Source: Stegostoma tigrinum (lineage: Eukaryota). From it: 64,000 bases of DNA. The position numbers were made by a program, and so were the translations under genes. Positions within the stretch are counted from its first letter, which is position 1. Every line of letters starts with the position of its first letter. The stretch is taken from the NCBI RefSeq assembly GCF_030684315.1, contig NC_081387.1, positions 1,716,497-1,780,496 on the forward strand, read 5' to 3'. Below are positions 13,241 through 25,354 of the stretch, piece by piece. Under the pieces are notes generated by a model. It saw nothing but the letters and a program-made list of their open reading frames with translations. It searched no databases and had not been told where the DNA came from.

Positions 13241-13479
13241 AACACTGTCTGGACAGCGGCCTTCAAAAATTCATCATCGACTGGGAAACACTGAGATCGC
13301 TACTGGTCATGAAAGATGCTACATAATGTAATACTGTTTTTCATTTCTACATTCCTCTAATATTCACTTACCTTATAATAGTCCCACCATTTATTCATAA
13401 CATTTGCAAAGTTCCCTTAAAGAACAGCTCAAATTGGACATTATCTAAACTACAAGACAGGTTATAAGTAGCATAAGCA

Positions 13480-14270
13480 GCAATTCGACAACCAATGGGT
13501 TGACTATACTCTGCAGTCTTGTTTAACCTAGTCATCATTGGTGGTGAGCAATGAAACAACTCACTGAAAGAGGCTCCACAAATATGTCCACCCTCAATGA
13601 TGGAAGCACCCAATACATTAGTGCAAAAGCAAAGGCTGAAGCATTGACAAAAATCTTCAGTCAGAAGTGCCAAGTGGATGACCTATCTTTGCCTCCTCCA
13701 GTGGTCCCCAGCATCACAAGTACCAGTCTTCAGTCAGAGATAATGGGAACTGCAGATGCTGGAGATTCCAAGATAATAAAATGTGAGGCTGGATGAACAC
13801 AGCAGGCCAAGCAGCATCTCAGGAGCACAAAAGCTTCAGTCAATTTGATTCTCTCTACATGATATGAAGAAACGGTTGGAGACAGCAGATGATGAGATGT
13901 CCACGGCCCTAACAACCATTCTATCAATAATGCTATAGACTTGTGCTCCAGAACTTGCCACTCCCCTCACCAAGATGTTCCAGTACAATTATGGCATTGG
14001 TATATATCTGACAATGTGGAAAACTACCCAAGTATGTTCAGTGCAGAAAAAGCAGGAAAAAACCCAACACAGCCAGTTACCATCCCATTAGACTTCCCTT
14101 GATCATTAGTGAAATGGTGAAAGGTATCAGTGCTATCAAGCAGTCCCCGCTCAATAAACCACTGAGTGATGCCAGTGTGGGCTCTGCTTGGCCACTCAGC
14201 TCCTGTGTTTATTACAGTCTTGATTTAAACATTGGCAAAACAGCTGAAATGGATCACAAGTCTCAATTAT
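13480..14270 (+). mobile_element. CR1/L2-type LINE fragment containing a 97-bp Penelope-terminus insertion (13737-13833)
   Basis: SAKAKAEALTKIFSQKC remnant; the insert is flanked by the 9-bp direct repeat CTTCAGTCA (13728-13736, 13834-13842). Confidence 0.7.
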
Positions 14271-14299
14271 TAAACTCCAGCACCTCCCAACACCCCGAC

Positions 14300-14814
14300 C
14301 CGGTCTGACAGAAATTCTGTTTCTAAATACAGTAGCCAGTTTACATTTAAGTATATTGCTGCTTTTTGAAAGCTGCAATTTACTGTACCTTTACAATGTA
14401 CCTAAGTTATTACACTGTCAGAGAGACCGGTCTTTGCAACATATCAGGAAATGGATCAGTAACAGAATTCAATTAATCCAGGTTATTCTTATCCAAAATA
14501 TTGCAGAAAAACAACTCTTTTCACATCAGATAAAGTTGCTTTCACAACAAGTTCATAACAGGATACATCTGTGCCAAACTTTGCATTTTTTGTCACAGTT
14601 TGATGGTATCTGACACACATCCTTTCACACCTAATGTGAAAATTTGCATACTGCAACAAACTTGTACACAAACTATTACCAAGTGCTTGTTATTAACAAT
14701 CAAGAAGAGGGAAAAAAAACTTAAAACATACATATTTGAGTCTCATCGACAGGTCTACTCCCCACAACATCTTGCCATCAACACTAATCTCGCTCAGTGG
14801 CCAGTGTGCTGACT
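14300..14814 (-). other. Probable non-coding terminal exon (3' UTR) of the MHC class I gene
   Basis: Strong acceptor CTTTTATTTCTTCTGCTCCTGTTCAG ending at 14815, downstream of the donor at 15745. The 3' end is not determinable. Confidence 0.45.
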
Positions 14815-15765
14815 CTGAACAGGAGCAGAAGAAATAAAAGATGATTTAATCAAGGGTTTACAAAATTAAGAAGTGCCAATTTTTCCCTATCTGAGGAGTC
14901 AGTGAAGGTAACAAATGATTTTAAGTGGTGACTACGTGAGGAGAGAGAAGAGGAGGAATTTTTGTCAAGTTGTTTGAACAGAGAGAGGAAGATGTAAATT
15001 AATTCTGATTCTTTAAAGGGGAACGGGACCAATGTTTGATCCTGTGGCAGAGACTTGTTGTTCAGGTTTCAGGATTAGCAGATGAGTCTTTCAGGGAAGT
15101 GAATTCTGCTACAGGTCAGAGACCTTGAATAGAACAAGAGGATCCCAGAAGATTCATTTTTAAACATCACTACAATACCAGAGAAACAAAAGAATCAGAC
15201 CAATTCACACTGAGTAGTTAATACTGGAATTGGTCATTGGACAGCAGTTAGACAAGAGGATTGGGAGAAATCATATTTCACTGAGCAAGGATGAGTCCGA
15301 GGGGCTGAATGGCTTAGCTGGGCTTATCAATATACAAGGTCCTCTTGCTATTGGGAAGTGAAGCAATGAATAGTGAGCTGCTGCAGTAGAAAAGGTGGTG
15401 ACTCGAGGAGGAAGAGAGAAGTTTCACGCTCTAACGGACCTGACTCTGGCTTGCTCAATGCTGACAAAATTAAACTATTCCTTCCACATAACAAACAAAT
15501 TAATTACGGCCCTGTGCATTAAATGAAACTGAATGATGCGACACCAGAGCTATTGACCTCATTACTTGGAGTTGTTGTTTTTTCCAGACTGGGTCACAAA
15601 CCTGGGTTTTCCCAGAGTGAAAAATATGTCGTGAGAAATCAAAGATGATATTCAGTCCAGTCTCTTCCCCCAGTGCAACAGGCCCATAGTTCATGCTGGT
15701 TTGATGCATGTTCAGCCATAACAATTCCAGAGTGTGACTTCATACCTCAGGCCAAAGAGGAAGAT

Positions 15766-15791
15766 TCAGGGTGATTCCCCTGAATCAGTAG
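15766..15791 (-). CDS. MHC class I exon 7, cytoplasmic (TTDSGESP*)
   Basis: Acceptor TTTCCTTTTCACAG, phase 1, Ser/Thr-rich, TGA at 15768-15766. The exon continues to donor GAG/GTATGA at 15746. Confidence 0.65.
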
Positions 15792-15834
15792 CTGTGAAAA
15801 GGAAACATATCTGTCACACAGATTATTTTACACA

Positions 15835-16065
15835 TTTTACAAACATGAGAATGTGACATACAGGGACTTAGAGACAGCCAAAGAAACAGTCACACTGACA
15901 TAAAAACACACATATTCACGGAGACATGCAGTTACATAGAAAGAGACAGACAAACATACACAAAACACATACAAACACATGGATCGAGGCAGACATGAAT
16001 GCATAATTGAGACAGAAATGACAACATCTAAGGAGACAGGGAGAAATACACCAACAGACACAGGG
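15835..16065. repeat. Degenerate CA/GA-rich low-complexity tract
   Basis: ACAC/AGAC-rich composition within class I intron 6. Confidence 0.7.
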
Positions 16066-16088
16066 ACAAGTCTGTATTATTTTCATAC

Positions 16089-16127
16089 TTAGTTTTCCCA
16101 CATCGGAACCAGATTTCTTCTCTCCTC
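16089..16127 (-). CDS. MHC class I exon 6, cytoplasmic (GGEKKSGSDVGKL)
   Basis: Acceptor TTTTGTCTGCCTCTCTTTAG, donor GTATGA, 39 nt, phase 1-1. Confidence 0.7.
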   Translation of the reverse strand, partial: EERRNLVPMWEN

Positions 16128-16351
16128 CTAAAGAGAGGCAGACAAAACTATAACTTCAGTTGCAGCTCCCTTACACTGCAACGACACAAATTTACTCTGT
16201 ACATAAGGGTAACATCATTTACGCAAAGCACCCTCATCATTACCCGCACAAATTTACAGTACACACGCTTGGGAACTTGCATTCCCAATTGGCCCCCAAA
16301 CCACCTTGGGTAATGTCTCTCAACCATGGTAGTAAGTCAACCTGCTCCTAC

Positions 16352-16510
16352 CTGTCAGTGACAGATCTGGTCCTGATATCTTCCTTCTCCTCTTCCAGAC
16401 AAACATACCAATGGTAAGACCAATCAGAACGAGGACAGCAGCAACAATTCCAACATCCAAATGTTTACTTGTTCCCTGTCGAGATCTTGGAGATAGTTGA
16501 AATGCCTCAA
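16352..16510 (-). CDS. MHC class I exon 5, connecting peptide and transmembrane segment
   Basis: 159 nt, phase 1-1, CTACAG acceptor and GTAGGA donor. Encodes VGIVAAVLVLIGLTIGMFVW followed by the stop-transfer KRRRK. Confidence 0.85.
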
Positions 16511-17379
16511 CTGTAGTGGTGGCGACGGCGGTGGTGGAGGAAGTGGGGGGGGGGGGGGGGGAAATGAACAAATGAGGACGAGATCAATGATCAATGAATA
16601 ATCACAGTCACTGCTCATTGAGAAACAGTTGTACCAAGGCTGTTTGCATCTTGAATACAATCTATGGTGTGATAGGCCATCTAACTGGAGTATGATATTG
16701 GTTGGAAAGATGCACTGTGGCAGGGATTACACTCTTATGATACACTTTAGGAGGGAGATAATTAAATGAAGATTGATTTCTTTTCAGACATTTAAAATAC
16801 TAATCATCCAAACTCCATTCTAATCACCGAATGAGTGATGAATCACCAGAACAACCTCACAAATAATCTCATTTCTGGTTGCACAATCAATTTATCCACT
16901 TCCCAGTCTCACAATCACTTTGTGGCACTAATGGGAGTTCAAAGGTTTCTAGTGGGGCAAAGAAGTGATGACATGATTATTCATAGATCCTGTTACAGCC
17001 TTGGAATGCTTGACCTGTGGAATGAAGAAAGATAAGGGGTTTGGCTTTGTGGGAAACCGTATAGGAAACACTGATTACAGTATCAAGGATAGGAATAGCT
17101 TTGGAAAAGGATATGTAAAAATTAGAACGTTAAAAAGTGGTTTGGCCCAGGTGAATTTCTCAACGTGAAGCAGTTAAGTAGCAGGCAAGGAGGAGTAGGG
17201 TTGGTTATAGATGAAAAGAAGGGTTATCTTATTTAGTACATTATACATGCCCTCTGTCCACATGAGTGTTTAAAATCGAGCTTGACTAAAGACGACGCTA
17301 TCAATAAAACACTAGAGAAGAAGGTTGTATGGGAATCAGATGAAATAAAAATAGATTGAGAAAAGGAACTGCGTTAAAA

Positions 17380-18760
17380 AGAACTGAACATCAAAAATGT
17401 CCTCCTGGCTGATGGGATGCATTTCAGGTTACTGCAGAAATGAAAGGTGAGGACTGCAGAGGCCCTGATCACCATCTCCTTATGTTTCTCATGTGAGGGA
17501 GATGTCAGAAGGTTGTGAAATCACTAAGATTACATTCCAGGAAGTCAGAGGTAAACCTGGAAACTACTGAATAACTCAGACAATAGGAGTAGAAAGTGAC
17601 AATTCAGTCCATTTGTATCTGTTCCACCATTTGGTGAGATCACAAGTGATCTCTATCTGAACTGCTTATTTTTTAATACTTTTAACAATCCAAAACTTTG
17701 TCAATGTGAGATTTGAAATTAATTGAGCGAATTCTGCTTTGTTTTGTAGAAGAGAGCTCAACAGTGCAAAGCGGTGTTTTCAAGCATCTCTCCTGGAATG
17801 TGCGGACTCTGATTTGATGGCTTTCTCCCTTTTCCTGCACTCCCCATCACGAAAAAGCAATCCATTCCATCTACCTTACCAACAACTCCTTTCAGAATCC
17901 TTAAATACTCAATAAAATCACCATGAACCTACGCCACCTCAGTGAAGATCAGACTGGTTTAAGTCAGCCCTCTTCAATAATTAAACTCCTAAAACTGTGC
18001 AACATTTGAGTAAGTCTGTGCTGAACTCCTTCCAGTACCTTTCTATCTGTATCTTTCCGGTGGAGCAGTACCGAGGACTAGATAAAAATTTAACTATACT
18101 CTAGATGTGACCCTAATTATAGCTAAACTATTAAATGAACACATGACACCTGTCTTCCCAAAGAAAGTAAACAATTTAGTGACAGTAAACTTGGAGACGG
18201 CAGTTATGGACAGAGTAGTGATAAATGGCAAGATGTTTGAAAGTGGTTAGATTTATTATTTATTGGTTCCAGATGGAATGCGTCAGAGATTACTGAAAGA
18301 AGCTCATATGTAAATGGCTGAAACTGGTCACATCTCTCAATTTTCATTGGACACTGGTGTGAACCTGGAAGACGGGAGATTCACTCCTGTTATAACATCA
18401 TTCACTGAGAGAAGGATAAACCCAGAAAAGTACAGGGCAAACAGTCCGACAGCAGTGGAAATCATCAGAGGCAAAATCAAGTTTCATTTGGAAAGGCATG
18501 GATTAAAGGGAAGTTATGCCTGATTAACTTGGTGGAAATCTTTGAAGATGTAGCAGGGAAGATTGATCAAGTTTGCGCAGTACATATTATATCCATGGGC
18601 TTGTTAAAAAGTTCAACAAATTACGACAAAAGGAGATTTATTAAGGCGGTGCTGGCAAATGGAATTAAGGGTTAAGAAATTAGTTTTGTAACAATGCAAA
18701 GATGAAGATGAATAAAGGTCTTTCAGGCTGAAAGCTGGGTTGCAATAATGTTCTGCAAGA
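17380..18760 (+). mobile_element. Highly degenerate CR1 fragments in class I intron 4
   Basis: Patches resembling CR1 ORF2 at about 17390-17570 and 18410-18760, with an opposite-strand CR1 3' remnant between them. Confidence 0.45.
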
Positions 18761-19294
18761 GTCCCCAAGCGATGAGCAGATTACTCTTTGCAAGAGTCAT
18801 TACACATTTGTGGCTAACAAGCTTTATGTCCGTTAGAATACTGAAATAGCTGCAGCAAAGGGAAAAACAGTGCATAATTGGCAGCTCTGTCTCTTAGCAA
18901 TTTTATCAATTACATAATTTGTTTTATATAAATAAAGAGGTTTCAATGCTAACAGTTTCTGCTTTCAAAAGGTCTGAATCCTTGCAATTTTTTAAATCAA
19001 ACTGTAGTGAAGGAAGTTTTTATAAATCAGTGACTGACTGCTTTATAAAACCTACACTAACACATATGGTTGCCACAGCGGTGGTCAGATACAGTGGTTA
19101 TAGTAAGTGAATGGGCCATAGTATTACCACAGATTTGCATTGTGACATGTAGGGTCAGTATGTCAGTGGGACACAGTTTAGATTTGGCAGTGTGTGAGAA
19201 ACCTTTTAACCTCATATTTCAAAGTTGACACAGATCTCAGTCCCTCAAACAGACACTGGCCCCACAATCTCTGACACACACCATACCCCAAAGA

Positions 19295-21617
19295 TAACAA
19301 AGTGTGAAGCTGTATGAACACAGCAGGCCAAGCAGCATCTCAGGAGTACAAAATCTGACGTTTCAGGCCTAGACCCTTCAACAGAGAGGGGGATGGGGAG
19401 GGGATTCTGAAATAAGTAGGGAGAGAGGGGGAGGCAGACCAAAGATGAATCGAGGAGAATCTAGGTGGGGAGGGGATAGGTCAGTCTGTGGAGGATGGAC
19501 AGGTCAAGGAGGCAGGATGAGGTTGGTAGGTGGGAAATGGAGGTGCGGCTGGATCATGACCCCACCCCCAAGCACCAAACCATCATCTCCAATACCATCC
19601 ATGACCACATCACCTCAGGGGACCTCCCACCCACAGCCTCCAACCTCACTGTTCCCCAGCCCCGCACCGCCCGCTTCTATTTCCTTCCCAAAATCCACAA
19701 ACCTGCCTACCCTGGCTGACCTATTGTCTCCGCCTGCTCCTGCCCCACCGAACTCATCTCCACCTACCTGGACTCCATTTTCTCCCCACCTATGTCCGTG
19801 ACACCACCCATGCCCTCCACCTTCTCCAGAACTTCCAACTCCCTGCCCCCCCAACACCTCATTTTCACCATGGACGTCCAGTCCTATACAGCTGCATTCC
19901 TCCTGCAGATGGCCTTAAGGCTCTCCGCTTCTTCCTGTCCTGCAGGCCTGACCAATACCCCTCCACCGACACCCTCATCTGCCTAGCCAAACACGTCCTC
20001 ACCCTCAACAACTTCTCTTTCGATTCCTTCCACTTCCGACAGACAAAGGGGGTGGCCATGGGTACCCGCATGGGCCCAAGCTATGCCTGCCTCTTTGCAG
20101 GTAACATGGAACAGTCCCTCTTCCGCACCTACACTGGCCCCAAACCCCACCTCTTCCTCTATTACATTGAGGACTGTATTGGTGCTGCCTCTTGTTCCCA
20201 AGAGGAGCTCGATCAGTTCATCCACTTCACCAACACCTTCCACCTCAACCTCAAGTTCACCTGGGCCATCTCCAACACATCCCTCCCCTTCCTGGACCTC
20301 TCAGGCTTCATCTCAGGCAACCAGCTAGAAACTGTGTCCACTTCAAGCCCACTGACTCCCACCGCTACCTAGAATACACCTCCTCCCACCCAACCCCCTG
20401 CAAAAATTCCATCCCCTATTCCTAATTCCTTCGCCTCCGCCGCATCTGCTCCCAGGATGAGGCATTCCACTCCCAAACATCCCAGATGTCCGCGTTCGTC
20501 AGGGACCACAACTCCCCCCCGCTACCCCGCAGTGGTCGAGAATGCCCATGACCGTGTCTCCCGCATTTCCCGCAACACATCCCTCACACCCCGCCCCCGC
20601 AATAACCGCCCTAAGAGAATCCCCCTCGTCCTCACATACCACCCGACCAACCTCCGCATACAACGCATCATCGTCCGACACTTCCGCCATCTACAATCCG
20701 ACCCCACCACCCAAGACATTTTTCCATCCCCACCCTTGTCTGCCTTCCGGAGAGACCACTCTCTCCGTGACTCCCTTATCCGCTCCACACTCCCCTCCAA
20801 CCCCTCTACTCCTGGCACCTTCCCCTGCAACCGCAGGAAGTGCTACACTTGCCCTCACACCTCCTCCCTCAACCCCATCTCAGGCCCCAAGATGACTTCC
20901 ATATTAAGCAGATGCTCACCTGCACATCCGCCAATGTAGTATGCTGTATCCATTGTACCCGGTGCGGCTTCCCTCTACATTGGGGAACGCTTTGCAGAAC
21001 ACCTCCGCTTGGTTCGTAATAAACAACTGCACCTCCCAGTCGCGAACCATTTTAACTCCCCCTCCCATTCCTTAGACGACATGTCCATCATGGGCCTCCC
21101 GCAGTGCCACAATGATGCCACCCGAAGATTGCAGGAACAGCAACTCATTCTGCTTGGGAACTCTGCAGCCCAATGGTATCAATGTGGACTTCACTAGCTT
21201 CAAAATCTCCCCCTCCGCCACTGCATCCCAAAACCAGACCAGCTCGTCCCCTCCCCCCACTGCATCACAAAACCAGCTCAGCTCATCCCCGCCTCCCTAA
21301 CCTGTTCCTCCTCTCACCTATCCCCTCCTCCCACCTCAAGCCGCACCTCCATTTCCCACCTACCAACCTCATCCGCCTCCCCGGACTGACCTATCCCCTC
21401 CCCACCTCCTATCTTCTCCTCTATCCATCTTCGGTCCGCCTCCCCCTCTCTCCCTATTTATGTCAGAACCCTCTCCCCACCCTCCTCTCTGATGAAGGGT
21501 CTAGGCCCAAAACGTCAGCTTTTGTGCTCCTGAAATGCTGCTTGGCCTGCTGTGTTCATTCACCTTCCCATTTTGTTATCTTGGATTCTCCAGCATCTGC
21601 AGTTCCCATTATCTCTG
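19295..21617 (+). mobile_element. 5'-truncated Penelope-like retroelement (RT plus GIY-YIG endonuclease) with an inverted copy of its 3' end
   Basis: Frameshifted RT motifs FTMDVQS, GVAMGTRMGPSYACLF, YIED (for YIDD) and LPFLD; Cys linker CNRRKCYTC; GIY-YIG-like NVV..IHCTRC...YIG. Segment 19295 to about 19550 is the reverse complement of the 3' end. 12-bp TSD ATACCCCAAAGA at 19283-19294 and 21618-21629. Confidence 0.9.
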
Positions 21618-21771
21618 ATACCCCAAAGACCCTGACACAGACACATTTATTCCCATCCCCCCCACAGTCCCTGACAGACACACACACAGTATCTTCCGCA
21701 GTCCTTGACACACACAGTTCCTTACAATCACCCACAATTAGGCTATCCCCAGCAGTCACTATTGCTCTTAC

Positions 21772-22044
21772 CCCACTGTCTGGTCTCCACTCCTTTGCTG
21801 CCGTGTTCATACTGACAGGAATAAGTGGCTGTGTCTTCCAATTCTATTACTGCCCATCTCCTGAATTGGTAAGTGCCATTGTGGTTGGGAAGAATTCCAG
21901 TGGAGTACGTTTCTCCAATTGGTGTGCCATTTTTTAGGAGGATGACTTCAATATCTCGAGGGTAAAATCCTGTCACAAGACAGGACAGTTGAGCTGATTC
22001 AGTTGCTGATGTGACATCCACAGTAAGAAACATCTGAGGAGCAA
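21772..22044 (-). CDS. MHC class I exon 4, alpha3 Ig C1 domain
   Basis: LSCLVTGFYPRDI...ILPNHNGTYQ...YSCQYEH; 273 nt, phase 1-1; TTTCTCAG acceptor, GTAAGA donor. Confidence 0.95.
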
Positions 22045-22629
22045 CTGAGAAAGTGAAATAGATCAGAATCAGGTCAGCGAGAGACAGGCATTGATAAATA
22101 CCTCTTTAAATTGGAGTCTGATCCCTACCTGGAGGAACCATAAATAGCCCTTTAATATGGGGTTAAACCCTGACCACAAGGAATTGTAAATACCCATATA
22201 ATCTGTGGATTAGACCTTTTATTGAGCGATAACATAATGAATGTCATTCAGTCCTGATTGACAGGCTGTCATCTCAATCTCAGCTCCTACAAACGCCCAA
22301 TTCTCAGTCCTGACGACTCTCAGTTGCCCACTCTTCACACTCATTCTCACTTCCAATTAACCTCCCCACTCTCAATTGCCCATCCCAAACTCCTCGCTGC
22401 ACCTCAACCTCAGTTTCCCCTCACTCACAGTCACCCCAAACCCTCACTTTCATTCAGATGTTGTGGTAATATCAATGGACTAGCGATTGAGGACCTCAGG
22501 CCAATCTTAGCAATAAATGCTTGTCAAGCCAGCAGTGCCCACATTTCATAAATGAATTTAAAAAAATACTCCCTCACTCTTAGATATTCCCACTCTCCGT
22601 TCTCCACCATCTCCCCATCCCACACTCAC

Positions 22630-22902
22630 TGGGTTTTAACGCTTTCTCTCCCTGCTTCAAGTATGTTTTCAGCCACTCAATGCAGGTTCTCTCCAGGTAA
22701 ATCTTCCTCTGCAGATTCCTGGCCTTGTCCTGGTCCCACTTGTTCTTGGTAATCAGTCCCCAGGATACTGGAGTCACCCACACCATGTGCTCCTTGTCAA
22801 AGCTAATGTAGTCCTGGCCATCCCAGCCTTCCTGGTGAAATCCGTTGCTCCTCCCATCAGTCTGGAGCTCACAGCCATGCATCACCTGGACTGTGTGGAT
22901 CC
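22630..22902 (-). CDS. MHC class I exon 3, alpha2 domain
   Basis: GIHTVQVMHGCEL...GWDGQDYISFD...ITKNKWD...YLERTCIEWLKTYL; 273 nt, phase 1-1; AACAG acceptor, GTGAGT donor. Confidence 0.96.
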
Positions 22903-23039
22903 CTGTTAATCAAACACACATACAGCCAATCAGCAATCTTTGCTGTGAGAACCCACCTACCCTGACCTGTCAGTCAGCAGGGAGAGCTTAGTGGAAGGAT
23001 GTAACCTTCCTCTGTTCCTTCTACTCTCAAACAGTCTCC

Positions 23040-24745
23040 AAAGATTGAAAGGAAGGTAACCTAACAATGCTGTTTGAAAAAGAGGCAGAATCCAGAGGGC
23101 TATAGCCTTATAACAGTCACAGGAAAAATACTGAAACCTGTTATTAGAATAACAGTAACAGGCTAATAATCTGACTACAGAGTTAACACGGACTTATCAC
23201 AGGGACATGATGTTTGGCTATTCTATTTCAGCGTTTCAATCACATAATGAATATGATAAATAATGAGAAAGACAATGCCCTCTAGATTTGGACTGCCCTA
23301 CCCTGGGGAAAAGACTTGATGATTCACCCCATCCATTCGCCTTATGATTTTATAAACGTCTATAACGTCACCTCTCAGCCTCTGTTAGTATGTAGTATTT
23401 GGATTTTAGATCAGTTTTGATAAGGTGCTAGATAAAAAGGTTATTCCAGAAAATAAGTATTCATGGTGATTCAGAACTGATTAACGGACAAAATGCAGAG
23501 AGTCAGGTTAAATAGGTCACATTCAGATTGGCAAGCTGGAACTAACAAAGACCCTGTAAGGATCAGTACCCAAGTCAGCCCTGAGGACAGAGATCGCAAG
23601 AACTGCAGATGCTGGAGTCAGAGTCAACACAGTGTGGAGCTGGAGGAACATAGCAGATCAGGCAACATCGGAGGAGCAGTTCTGATGAAAAAGGCCCAAC
23701 CCGAAACATCAGCTCTCCTGCTCCTCTGATGCTGCCTGACCTGCTGTGTTCCTTCAGCTCCGCAGTGCTTTGAGCGTGAGAACATAATGCTGCTGAGGGA
23801 TGTCAAAAAGATGTAGGATAGGGCAGTCAGAATACAATGCATAGAAGCATTAAATTAGAAAAACAGGAAAAGCAGCATTTTTTGGAATGTTAAGGAGTGA
23901 GGAATATTTACAATCGGAGGGATATAGGTATTCCCTGTTTGTCGAATCACAAGATGGTTACGGTATAGAGGGGCCCATACAGTCAGACACTGAGAACATG
24001 GAAACACTGTACCAACCAAACATCCTAAATTAATCCAGTCCCTTTTGCTAGTAACTGGCCCATATTGCTCTAAACCCTTTCTATTCATGAACCCATTCAA
24101 ATACCTTTTAAACGTTGGAAATGTACCAGTCTGCACCATTTCCGCCTGCAGTTCATTCCATACACACCCCACCCTTTGTATGAAACCATTTGCCCCTTGG
24201 ATCCCTTTTAAATCTTTCCTCTCTCACCTTAAACCTGTGCCCGTTAGATATGGATTCCCCTGCCCTGGGGAAAAGCCCTCGATGATTCACCCTATTCATT
24301 TGCCTCATGATTTTATAAATCTCTATAAAGGTCACCCCTCAGCTTCCGATTGTCCAGAGAAAATTGCCTCAGCTTATTTAGCCTCTCCCTTTAGCCCAAA
24401 CCCTGCTGCCCTGGCAACGTCCTTTTAAGTCTTTTCTGAGCCCTTCCAACTTCTTTCCTATAGCAAGGAGGCCAGGCTTGAACACAGTGTTCCCATACTG
24501 GCCTAAACATTGTCCTGTGCAGCCACATGACGTCCCAATTTCTGTACTCAATGCACTGACCAATAAAGGCAAGCGTACCAAACGCTTTCTTCACTACTGT
24601 TTACCTGCCACTTCAAGGTCCATGGTCCCTATGAGTAGCAACACTCTCGAGAGCCTTATCATTAAGCATACAAGTGCTGCCCTGATTTGCCCTACCAAAA
24701 TGTAGCACCTCACATTTATCTAGATTAAATTCCATATACCACTTG
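23040..24745. mobile_element. Nested CR1 fragments and a Penelope-terminus fold-back (23585-23775) in class I intron 2
   Basis: Minus-strand CR1 3' end at 23975-24745 (AFGTLAFI, HRFKVREERF). Hammerhead-like CTGATGA...GAAACATC at 23681. Confidence 0.7.
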
Positions 24746-25036
24746 TTATCTGTTGTTTCTGTGCCAGCCCTCTACAACAGTGACTCAACCAGACCTAATC
24801 CAGCACCATTTCAGAGATAAAGTGGCAGGGAGTGAAACATAAATGAGTAAGGAAGGGGAATGGTCAGACATAAAGGGTTGGAGAGAATAGAGACAGGGAA
24901 TGGGGAAAACAGAGAGACACGGAGGATGGAGGTAATAAAAAGACAGGGGGAGTGGGGATAACAGAGAAAAATGAGGAATAAGGGTGGGGAATGGGTAGCA
25001 GGGAAACACAGGGGTTAGAGAGAGGGGTAGTCTCAC

Positions 25037-25297
25037 CTCCACTCTGGTTGGTGCGGTTTAAGGCTGTCTGAATATTGGTCAGCCCGATGTGCTCAGAGCT
25101 CCTCAGGACCTGAGTCTGCTGTTCCCAATACTCAGGGTCCTGACACTCTGCCATCCATCGTTGCAGAGGGATCAATTTGCGAAGATCGCTGTCATAGTAA
25201 TCTATCGGAATGTCATCAACATAACCAATAGCCAGAAACTTGGGGAGACCATGAATTGGGGTCATTGCAGTGTAGAAATACCGGAGGGAATGACAGC
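25037..25297 (-). CDS. MHC class I exon 2, alpha1 domain
   Basis: GCHSLRYFYTAMT...GYVDD...YDSD...EYWEQQTQ...RTNQSG; 261 nt, phase 1-1; TTGCAG acceptor, GTGAGA donor. Confidence 0.96.
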
Positions 25298-25354
25298 CTG
25301 CAACAGGGAGAGAGGAAAACAATAGGACATGTACCTCAAACACATCACAGAGTT

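Noticed and set aside
21173-21937. 254-aa plus-strand ORF
   Set aside because: A composite of the Penelope 3' end and the antisense of the alpha3 exon.
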